Notes under the pieces: generated by a model
The model's input: the letters and a program-made list of their open reading frames with translations, nothing else
Databases searched by the model: none
Told to the model about the DNA's origin: nothing
Origin: Tubulanus polymorphus
Taxonomy: Eukaryota > Animalia > Nemertea
DNA length: 64,000 bases
Reading direction: 5' to 3'
NCBI RefSeq assembly: GCF_964204645.1
Contig: NC_134026.1
Location: 22,168,150-22,232,149 of the forward strand
Shown here: positions 31,575-41,600 of the stretch, one piece after another
How positions within the stretch are numbered: the stretch's first letter is position 1
How the letters are laid out: each line of letters opens with the position of its first letter
Translations under genes and position numbers: made by a program

Positions 31575-32253
31575 CCCGACAGGACGAGCGAAATTGTAAT
31601 TTTAGATTATTACTATCCAGGCTAATGACTAAATAAGGTAGTAGTCATCTTGGAGAATATTCTATCGGCAAACCGTGCCAGATAATCGTAATATACATAC
31701 ATGTGATGTCGCAATAGCTCATTATAGATTCAGTGTCGTTTAAGTAATGTCCACGGGCGTAAAACACGTTCGTTCATTCTATTCAGCGTTAAAACCGGTA
31801 CCGGGTAACTGCGCAAAACGAATCATAACCTCCAAACGAACGTTAGCGCTAAATAACTCAACTGAGCAATCGATGGTTAATTGACTCTTCTGGCCCTATT
31901 TTCCTATTTCTAAAAATTCTTTGTTCATTTCTTTGGATGTTTTATTTAAAAAATATCAACAAATATCTATTCATAATTCAAAATCTTGTATCATTCTTAA
32001 GAGCAAACGTCGGGAAACTTATTTTGTAATATCTATGTCTGTCTGTCAGTCTGTGTACTATAAAAAAATTGCTGAATCAGATTCTTTATGTAGGTTTATC
32101 TTTTTATCTACAATATTAAACGGTTTGGTGTTCGAAATGTTATCTTCAAAAGAGTTTATCTCAAGTGGTATTGGCCACGATTTCATGGTTTATTTTTGTT
32201 TTGATCATATATGGTAAGCTAGAAAAACACGTGTCGGACGGATTGCGATCGCT

Positions 32254-32263
32254 CCTTTTATGG
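32254..32263. promoter_or_regulatory. CArG box (SRF site)
   Basis: Perfect CC(A/T)6GG (CCTTTTATGG), ~700 bp upstream of the actin A TATA box. Confidence 0.4.
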
Positions 32264-32887
32264 GCATGGACTGGACTGTCGTAGCTCAGTAAAAATCAAT
32301 GTTGTTATTTCCTGGGAATGCCTTTCAGATCAGTGAACTACTTGACGATATTCCTACAGTAAATGGAAGTGCAAAGATTACTTAAAGCTATTCGAGTCAC
32401 GAATTCAAAAATTACGTATCTAGAAGTAGAAAAAAAGAAAACCAGGGGGAGCGTCATCGATGTTCTTTACTTATTGAACTGCTTCTGTATCAATGACTAC
32501 AAACATGGGGTTTTATATATGGGCATAGATCTACTCCACAAGATACTAGCGATAGCGATTCGACTCTCAAATTCAATTCACTCTAATCCAGCGCAGCGCA
32601 TTTCGACGTTAAATGCCGCGACGCAACAAAATCCGATATGAAGTGGTTTTTTCAAGTGGTTGAATCCGTAATGAGAATCGAATGCAATTTTAATGAAGTA
32701 CGTCGTAATAGACTCCTTTATTTGGCGTATAAAGTCATATGCATATCACGTCGTCAATTTACACAACTTCAAAACTCGGAGTATTGGAACTGATATATAT
32801 CGGAATTAATAATGCTGAGGTATTTCGAAGAGATTTCGGCTTGCAGTGTGTGAAATAACCGAAAGCATTCGTTGGATTATATACGAG

Positions 32888-33521
32888 ATGTATGCGCTTG
32901 GGGATCTGGAAAAATGTAACCTAGGAATTTCTGAAGCATTTCAAAACGGTACCTCAGATAATCGGGTGCCGAAATCACCGCGTCGTTACGAGCTTACCAC
33001 CTTTGATCGGACGACTAAAACTGTCATTACCGATTTACCAGCTAGAAAATATGACCTGAACACAGCTATTATCTGGCTCCGACGGGAACTTGTAAGTACA
33101 ATAGAAATATCATCGAAATATCCATGTTCTAGAACTTAATTTTTAGATGAAAATTTGTTAGTATCATAATATTTTTTTCATAATTCTGCTTATTCATACT
33201 TTCTAGTTATCGATAAAACAACAAGATGAAAATCTAATACGCCAATTCAGGTTCCTTGGATCGGTAATCAAAAGCATCAACGATGAGATACATTGGTCCG
33301 ACGATGCAGGAGCTTTAAGTTGTTGCCAGTCGTTGGAATTCCTATCGACATCATCCGAACTATCACTTCCTTCAGACAATTCATCTTCCCGTCGGAATGC
33401 TTCCTCCTCTCCATGTACTCCTATCAGGGACAGCAATTACGTGGATAACTTCAGGATTTGCGAAGATTCCCGTGTGGGTTCAGTGCTGATCAGTCAAACA
33501 GACCACGAAAAGTTTGTGTGA
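32888..33521 (+). CDS. FAM167/LURAP-like coiled-coil protein, 2 exons, about 172 aa
   Basis: Exon 32888-33091 (GTAAGT donor) spliced to 33207-33521 gives LNTAIIWLRREL|LSIKQQDENLIRQF, resembling the FAM167 motif (AIEWLRKELxEMRxQDxxLARQL). TATAAA is at 32728. Confidence 0.65.
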
Positions 33522-34083
33522 ATTGGAAAGATGGTCTAACAATCGTTGAAAGTTGTTATTCTCTGAAAACATCCCAAAATAATTGGACGGGGACGGGGTG
33601 GCCGTCGCCGGCGCGGCCGTAGTATTTCAGACTAGTAAGTCAGATTTTTGAGTGCAATTTAAAAAAAAAAAAATTTAAAAAGTGCAATTTAGCAGTGTCT
33701 CGGTATCCGACACACTGCCCAAAATTTGCATAGGCACCTTTACAAAAAGTTCCACTTTCAAAATCGATGCAGGCACGAGTTTGGACGTGCCGCGAGTTGG
33801 ATTATGCGGCTATATTGAATGCCACATTCACGGTAGGGTATGAAAGCCGGCCGCGGTCGAAACGCGGTATGAAATGCAGTCGCGGCCCCGGCCGCGGCCG
33901 CACAAATTGCGGCCGCTGGAATATCTCAATCGGAGGTCTTTATTTTGTAATGACGTTGTTATTGCCTTTTTTTATTTTGTAAGATTACCGTTAGTACTTA
34001 TTCTCATTATTGCATGAATAAACTTATCTATATATATTTCAAAAGCAAATGATTTGTGTTGATTTAATTGAAATGTAAACTAT

Positions 34084-34350
34084 ACGAGTAAAATCCCACA
34101 ATGAATGAATTAAGTGATAAAATGTTTATTAAAACATATAAAAAATATTTCGAAGGGTGGTAGTAACCACCCTTCTTCAGTCTAAAATGACTGAAGAAGA
34201 GTGGTAGTAACCACCCGAAATATTTCTTATATGTTTTAATAAACATTTTATCACTTAATTCATTCATTGTGGGATGGGATTTTACTCGTATCGTTTTATC
34301 ACGGATATTGTGATCTGCAATTGATTCATCATGATACCCACGGATTTTCG
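34084..34350. mobile_element. Palindromic Penelope-like mini-element with two opposed hammerhead cores
   Basis: 17-bp TSD ATTGAAATGTAAACTAT (34067-83 / 34351-67) and ~100-bp inverted arms. CTGAAGA..stem..GAAA is on + (34191-34220) and on - (34180-34148). Confidence 0.75.
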
Positions 34351-34374
34351 ATTGAAATGTAAACTATGCAACGC

Positions 34375-34469
34375 CTAATCACCACCCCTAATTGTGAAGT
34401 AACGGTTTGCAACCTAGGCAGAACCTTTAGGTTGCATAGCGGTACATCACAATTAGGCGTGGTGATTAG
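34375..34469. mobile_element. Short palindromic MITE
   Basis: CTAATCACCACCCCTAATTGTGA...TCACAATTAGGCGTGGTGATTAG foldback. Confidence 0.6.
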
Positions 34470-34575
34470 TAACAAGATTTTAAGGCTTATTAGAAGTCCC
34501 AATGTCCCTGGTTTAAATTTCCAAAATTAATTATTTACAAATTACATATTTAACTAGTTCGGAATTCCATCACTT

Positions 34576-34861
34576 CAAGCCGTGCCGAAGGGGACGGGCG
34601 TTCGGGGCCAGCGAACGAACTCCCAAAAAATTCCCTAAAAGTAGTGCCCTTCAAAAAAAGTTAGCGCCAAAAAATTGTCAAGATTTTTCGAAATTTGGAT
34701 ACAATTTTCATGCTTTTGGAAAATGAAAAGTAATCCCTTCTCAAATGATTTATTCAGGTACCCGGGCACTACATATTGATATATGCACTTCATATATATA
34801 CGGTGAAAAGGTGCCCTTTTTTAAATAGAACTGCCCCTCAAAAAGGCTCGGCACAGGCCTG
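34576..34861. mobile_element. hAT-like MITE
   Basis: Ends CAAGCCGTGCCGA / TCGGCACAGGCCTG, with internal GTGCCCTT repeats. No clear TSD. Confidence 0.45.
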
Positions 34862-35987
34862 CAATTGTCCTTATTCAGCTAGCCATACGAAAGCAACACG
34901 TGGCGCATGGAAGAGTAACCACGAACATCCTTAAACCAGCAAGTATTATCGTTCTTTGCTTTAATCTTTAATTTATTTGTATGCATTTCAGAAAGTGCCA
35001 TAAATGAAGAACGGAACAGTTTTCTCATTTCGACGCCACCTGTTGAACCAAAAGCTGGGGATTTTAGGGTATTAAAGATAAGGTTTTGCATTTTTATTAA
35101 ATTGAGGATTTTTTCAAAATCGATTACAGAAGACACAAGTTTACAGCAATTAACTCTTTTATTTTTCAGAATGCTGAGGCAATTGCAAACGCCGTAACTC
35201 CAAAAATTATGCGCCAGCAACATTGTGATATCTTCAGATCATACGTTTCGAACCGTATATTGCATTACAGCTCGCGCAACTGCAACAAAATTTGTGAAAT
35301 GTCATTTTGCAGTGAACCAACAAAAAAGGACGCTAAATGGATTCAATGTGATTTTTGTATGCGTTGGCTGCATTTAGACTGCCAGAAGATTAATGGGAAT
35401 GTAGCTCGGGGAAAGAAAATCGATGTGCAGTGTGCTGTGGAGCACCAGATGTCTAACTCTAATTTTAAGTAAACTTTTGAATATCAGTATGTATTAGATA
35501 AAGCGGAAAGCATGATATGCTATATAGAGGTTAAAGTGGAGAAAACACAAACAATGAATTCTACAATATTTTCAGCGAAAAAAGTAGCTTTCTGTGTGGG
35601 CTAAAGCCTTAAGAACAATATATCACCTTATTGAATAATGTGTTAGAGATAATGTATTAAATTAAAAATTTTGAATTTAATCAGTATGTATTAAATAAAG
35701 CGCATATCTTTTCATTAAATAGTTGAGTTTTTAATTGACTTCTCTTTGTGATTTGGCACGATTGACAGCGGACGCAATTACAAAAAAAGACCACAGGATG
35801 TTATTACAAAATAAAGACCTCCGATTGAGATATTCCAGCGGCCGCAATTTGTGCGGCCGCGACTGCATTTCATACCCACATCCGCATTTTACTCAGTCCA
35901 CAGCTGCTGAACGCCTAAATTTGGTTCTGTAGGTGGTGCTTTGGTCGATTATTTAACTCCGCAATTGAATCGTATTTTTCAAATTTT

Positions 35988-38234
35988 ATGAAACAATTTT
36001 ACAAAATGGGAAAGAAAGACAAATATCGTGGTAGATCGCCCGAAACTGAACGAAACAGTAGAAAATTCTCGAAGAAGACCCACCGTCGATCATCAACGAG
36101 AAGTGATAGTAGTGATGACAGTGACCGAGATAGCGTTAAAAGATACAGTAGTAGTAGTAGTAAAAAAGACAAAAAACATTACAAATACAGAAGTCATAAT
36201 CGTTCGAGGTCACGATCCCCTGACCGACATCGTAATAAAAAGAACCGTGTTAATAGCAGGTCGAGATCATCATCCCCCATTTCAAAATCGAGGAAGAAAT
36301 CAAAGAAAAGGTCGTCATCTTCCGATTCGCAGTCAGAAAACAGAAGTACCGGCGAAGGGGAGTCATTTCAGCAAATGAGTTTGGAAGAATTAAAGAAACT
36401 TAAAGTAGAGACGCAGCGACAAAAAGATATGCAGAAAGCGGTTGAAACGCCGGAACAAAAACGTCTGCGTCGAATGGCGAAGAAAGAGATGAAAGAACGA
36501 AAGCGAAAAGCGAACATGGGTTGGGACGAGGAGTATATGGGCTACTCGAATGGGGATAACCCGTTCGGCGATGAGCATTTGTTAGACACGTTCGTTTGGG
36601 GAAAGAAACTCGAGAAAGAAGGCAAGAAAGACTTCAGCAAACGCGAGTTACAAACGATGCAAAAAGCAAAGCTCGAAGAAAACAAACGTGAGCTGGAAAA
36701 AGTGAAGAAACGACGCCTGGAACGAGAGAGGGAATACGCCGACCGGGAAAAAGAGCGAGAATTCCTTCAACGTTCGAAGGAGGTCGAGTATTTCAAAGAG
36801 TGGGAACGACAAGAGGACACATTTCATCTTCAACAGGCGAAGCTGCGATCGCAAATTCGAATCGAAGAAGGCCGCGCTAAACCGATCGATCTTCTCGGCA
36901 AGTATATAAGCGCCGAAGACGACGATTTCGCTGTCGAAATGCACGAACCATACAGCTACCTAAACGGACTGACGATCGACGATCTGGAAGACTTACTCGA
37001 GGATATTAAAGTCTATATCGAACTCGAAGAGGGTAAAAACGTCGACTACTGGAAGGACATCACGATCGTCGCCAAAGACGAACTCGGAAAATTGCGCAAA
37101 ATGGATCCCGCCGTTCGAGATATGGTGGCTAATCGTCGAGAAGGTATCAATACGTCTGTGATTGAGGATGTCGCGTCGATATTTCGCGGCAAGTCGCACA
37201 ATCAGTTGATGGCATTGAAAAAACAGATGCAGGATAAATTGAAAGGCGGAGAAGGTATCGATGTCGGATACTGGGAGTCGCTTTTGCAGCAGTTGAAGGC
37301 GCACATGGCTCGTACTCGATTGCGCGAACGACATCAAGAAAATCTACAACGCAAACTTTACAAACTGAAGATGGAGCAAGGCATTCAGAGCGAACCGCTG
37401 TTCCCAATCGTTAAAGAAGAGAATGACGACGATGAGGACGACGTAAATGAGGAAACGACGGTTACCGAGACGGAGGAGCCACAGCCGGGGACGAGTGGTG
37501 AGGGAAATCAAACCGCCGCTAGTTCAGATGTCGACGATGATGACGACGAGGAAAAAGATGATGACGACGATGAAGATGAGGTGGAGGAAGATCCGTCCGA
37601 GTCGCATTACGTCGATTATGAGTTAGGAAAGTATAGCCCGCAGTTGTTACGGCCGTCCAGTCTCGAAATCGACGCGGTTCTTTACGACCCGAGCGATGAC
37701 ATGAAGAAGCTCGAGTACATGCGGCAGCAAGTTCTGGCGACCGGCGCCGTCAACGACGATGTCGAATCGGAATTCATAAAAAAAGCGAAAGAAGGCATGA
37801 ACGACGATGAGGCCCAGTTCAGCGTCGAAACGCCGCTCGAAGCGCAGACATTCCTCTGGTCGGATAAGTACCGGCCGCGGAAGCCGCGATTCTTCAACCG
37901 CGTACACACTGGGTTCGAATGGAATAAATACAACCAGACGCATTACGATATCGATAACCCGCCGCCGAAAATCGTGCAAGGTTACAAATTCAATATATTC
38001 TATCCGGATTTGATCGAGAAGACAAACACGCCCGAGTATACGATCACGCCCGAAACGGATAGTGCCGATTTCGCCATTTTGCGATTCCGCGCAGGACCGC
38101 CGTACGAAGATATCGCGTTCAGAATCGTGAATCGAGAATGGGAGTATTCGTACAAACGGGGATTTCGTTGTCAGTTTAATAACAATATCTTCCAGTTGTG
38201 GTTCCATTTCAAGCGATATCGCTATCGTAGATAG
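35988..38234 (+). CDS. CACTIN: Cactin, spliceosome C-complex factor, single exon
   Basis: 748-aa ORF with an RS-rich N-terminus, YSNGDNPFGD, GRAKPIDLL, KYRPRKPRFFNRVHTGFEWNKYNQTHYD and the C-terminus FQLWFHFKRYRYRR. The start may be MGKK at 36006. AATAAA is at 38277. Confidence 0.97.
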   Translation: MKQFYKMGKKDKYRGRSPETERNSRKFSKKTHRRSSTRSDSSDDSDRDSVKRYSSSSSKKDKKHYKYRSHNRSRSRSPDRHRNKKNRVNSRSRSSSPISKSRKKSKKRSSSSDSQSENRSTGEGESFQQMSLEELKKLKVETQRQKDMQKAVETPEQKRLRRMAKKEMKERKRKANMGWDEEYMGYSNGDNPFGDEHLLDTFVWGKKLEKEGKKDFSKRELQTMQKAKLEENKRELEKVKKRRLEREREYADREKEREFLQRSKEVEYFKEWERQEDTFHLQQAKLRSQIRIEEGRAKPIDLLGKYISAEDDDFAVEMHEPYSYLNGLTIDDLEDLLEDIKVYIELEEGKNVDYWKDITIVAKDELGKLRKMDPAVRDMVANRREGINTSVIEDVASIFRGKSHNQLMALKKQMQDKLKGGEGIDVGYWESLLQQLKAHMARTRLRERHQENLQRKLYKLKMEQGIQSEPLFPIVKEENDDDEDDVNEETTVTETEEPQPGTSGEGNQTAASSDVDDDDDEEKDDDDDEDEVEEDPSESHYVDYELGKYSPQLLRPSSLEIDAVLYDPSDDMKKLEYMRQQVLATGAVNDDVESEFIKKAKEGMNDDEAQFSVETPLEAQTFLWSDKYRPRKPRFFNRVHTGFEWNKYNQTHYDIDNPPPKIVQGYKFNIFYPDLIEKTNTPEYTITPETDSADFAILRFRAGPPYEDIAFRIVNREWEYSYKRGFRCQFNNNIFQLWFHFKRYRYRR

Positions 38235-38667
38235 TGGTCATCATATCGTTCAGCTTGAGCAAAAAAAAAACTTGTAAATAAACTGTAAATAGTTGGTAGG
38301 GTTTTATATGATGCTAAAAGACAAACTAGGAAACTAAATTCGCTTTTTTGAAAGACAATTGTTTGGGACATTTCAAAGAACATTTAAAGGCTTTTTTTGT
38401 ATAATTTTGGTGAATTGGTTATTTGTGTTGATAATGATTACGGTATATGTACTTGTAGATGGCACAAGATGAAGGACCAGTATAACTAATGATTCATTGT
38501 GTAATTGAATGCATTTAAATTTTGATTGAGATATTTTGAATGTTTGAAGTTGTAGTCATCAGTATGATGATGGTAATGGTGAACACTAAAAATCTAGGAT
38601 GAAAACTTGCTAGTTCGTCTTATTGGTGATAGATGGCGCAGGAGTCGCAACGCATGAAATTTCCAAT

Positions 38668-41600
38668 ATGGCGGATCCGTTCGGTGAAAATTTGTTCAGC
38701 GTATTCGACGAGACGTCGACGCCTACCTCGTCGACGAAAGGCAACGAAAATACGTCAGAGAAAAAGGATGATCATAAGGATTCAGCCGAACCCAGTGAAA
38801 AGTAGGTTCATTGTTTGATAATTGCGTTGGAATTAATTATTTTCGTCGCACGTTTCATTTTGGTCGTTCGAACGTAGACAATTTTCAGAGCGATTGAAAT
38901 CCCTGCCGTGAACATCACTTTCAATCAAAGTATACGTTCTAAGTAATTCATAGAATAAACATATAAATTCATGGGTAAAGGGGTAAGGGGAAGGGTCTCT
39001 GTGGCAATACTTATTAGCCTAGTAGTTAGTAAGTAGATTACCAGATGAATGTGTGTGTAATGTCTATTTCAACCTGACTTGAGAGCATTCCAGCTCACTC
39101 AGTTTTGGTAGTACATACCTGATAAAGGTCTTAGTAAGACCAGAAAGGACTGGTTGCAAATGGATTAAAAAATGATGATTTAGGTCGACTGCTTGTCCTT
39201 TCTGGTCCCACTAAGACATTTATCAGGTATGTACTACCAAAAATGAGCGCGCTAGGCCACCCAGAATGCTCTCAAGTCAGGTTGAAATAGACATTAGGTA
39301 TTTAGTAATAACAGTATACTACAAAATAGTACTTTTAAGTAGCTAGATTTTATTTTTAGTAGTGTTCCTCTATGCACAGCGTCTTACTCTATATAAACAA
39401 AAAGGTGGAGATATTGTGACTCCATTCTTTAAGTCAGAATACCAGACCTTGTCTCTCACAGTCTTACAACCAAACAACCCTACAACTGTTGGGGGAACAA
39501 TAGCTAGATACTAGACTTCATTCTCCTATTATTCTTTTAATTTAAAAAACGTATTTTTGTTCATTTGATAGAGCTGCTGAGCTGGTTAAAAGTTTGATAA
39601 CAAAACGACCAGTACCCGATGATGAAAATCAAACTAACAAAAAATTAAAGAAAAATGATCCAGCAGATGAATTGAAGTAAGTGTTGGACGTAAATATAAA
39701 TACATGCGTTAAATATGAAATTATTTATTTTGGCTTAAATGAAAAAATTTTTCAGTCCGGAGATTTTGCCGAGGATCCAAGTGCACAAAGTCAATACGGT
39801 TGAATCTTGTGTGCACGAGGTCGCCATTCCACCGGACGATGAATTCGTGCCACTTCAACCACCTGCTTCGAAACCGGCGAAAGATTATCCGTTCATACTT
39901 GATCCGTTTCAAAAAGAATCGCTCCTCTGTCTGGAAAATAACCAATCGGTGCTGGTATCTGCTCACACATCTGCTGGAAAAACTGTTGTTGCTGAGTAAG
40001 TATTTTTCTAATTACATTAATATTCATTTGAATGATATTAACTTAATTCAAAATATTTCGCGGTTGAAGTATGATAATTTAGACTGTAGGCCTATATGTA
40101 ATTGAAATTCAGCGTAATGATATCTTTGGATAAGTCAGGTATAAGTGTAGTCACAATAGTACGCATCAGTTTCACTTATTTTCACCATACCCTAACCTTC
40201 ACACACAGAAGACAGATGCATTCACTACTGTTGCTAATACATGTATCTGACTTTGGTTGATACCTTCCATCTGCCTCCTGCCTTTTGACCCCTAGGTTGA
40301 GAGATTATGAGTGATTATTCCTTGACGTTCAGTCGTAACAGTTTGATTTCCTGAATATATCTACGGCGAAAAGATCTAAATGTTGACTGAACAAAATGGA
40401 TTATGGTTAATTTCAGGTACGCGATTGCAATGTCATTACGCGACAAACAGCGTGTTATTTACACTACACCAATCAAAGCTCTCAGCAATCAGAAATACCG
40501 AGAATTGTTCGAAGAATTCCAAGATGTTGGTTTAATGACCGGTGATGTGACCATCAATCCAACTGCCAGTTGTTTAGTCATGACTACTGAGGTACGAACT
40601 TCGAGAAAATAGAACTGATTGATTTATGCTTAGTTCTTAATATTTTGATTTGAAAAATCGAGACCTGAGCAGAACATCATTGAATCATTGAAACCAGAGC
40701 TTAAGAGATGTAATAGTCATTTCATTGTTTTCCAGAATTTGTCCTTCATTACTTCTCTTTGCTCCCCTGTTGCCTTGCATAGGCGTAGGTCATATTGTTT
40801 AAAAATGTTGAAATATTGTAGATTTTGCGGAGTATGTTGTATAGAGGATCTGAAATAATGAGAGAAGTGGCTTGGGTTGTGTTTGACGAGATTCATTACA
40901 TGAGAGATAAAGGTTGGTTAAAAGATAAGAACATTTGATCAATATACGTTTTAATGTAGTCATATTTAAGCTTCTTTTATCTGTGTGTGTTTCATGGAGA
41001 TATTGGCCGTTTAAAAACTGCTTTCATCTTTGCAGAACGTGGGGTTGTATGGGAAGAAACTATTATTTTACTGCCAGACAATGTACATTACGTGTTCTTA
41101 TCTGCTACGATTCCAAACGCTCGACAATTCGCGGAATGGATCTGTCATTTACATCATCAGGTACAATTGCCATTTTAGGTCTTTTCACTTGAGACATAAT
41201 TCGTGTTTCTTCAACGGGATGTCTATGTCACAAAAAGCTTGATTGTGATTTGTGGTTCGTCGATGTTTTGATTCTTCACATAAAACTTGTTAGGAGTTTA
41301 CCTAAGTAATTTACCCCCATTTTAACCCCTACGTGTTTTCATCAATTTCAAAATGAATGATTGTTTCTTGTTTATTTGTAGCCTTGTCATGTAGTGTATA
41401 CTGAATATCGACCGACGCCGCTTCAACATTACATATTCCCCGCCGGTGGAGATGGTATACATTTAGTCGTAGATGAAAACGTAAGTTAGATACCTTCATT
41501 CAACGAAATATTCGTTGTAAGAATTTGATTCATCGAAAAAGCGTAATGTACTGACATGGGATCTTATGAATGCGAGAAAGCAGTGATTGTAGGTGTTATC

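Larger units (their letters stand above)
33836..35877. mobile_element. Decayed DNA transposon with long GC-rich TIRs, a PHD-finger remnant and nested insertions
   Basis: The ~75-bp arm GGTATGAAATGCAGTCGCGGCC...GGAGGTCTTTATTTTGTAAT (33865-33950) is inverted at 35802-35876. ORF 35209-35472 contains WIQCDFCMRWLHLDC (PHD-type). Confidence 0.7.

Noticed and set aside
36390-38207. Antisense ORFs up to 186 aa overlapping Cactin
   Set aside because: Shadow ORFs expected from codon bias, with no recognisable motifs.
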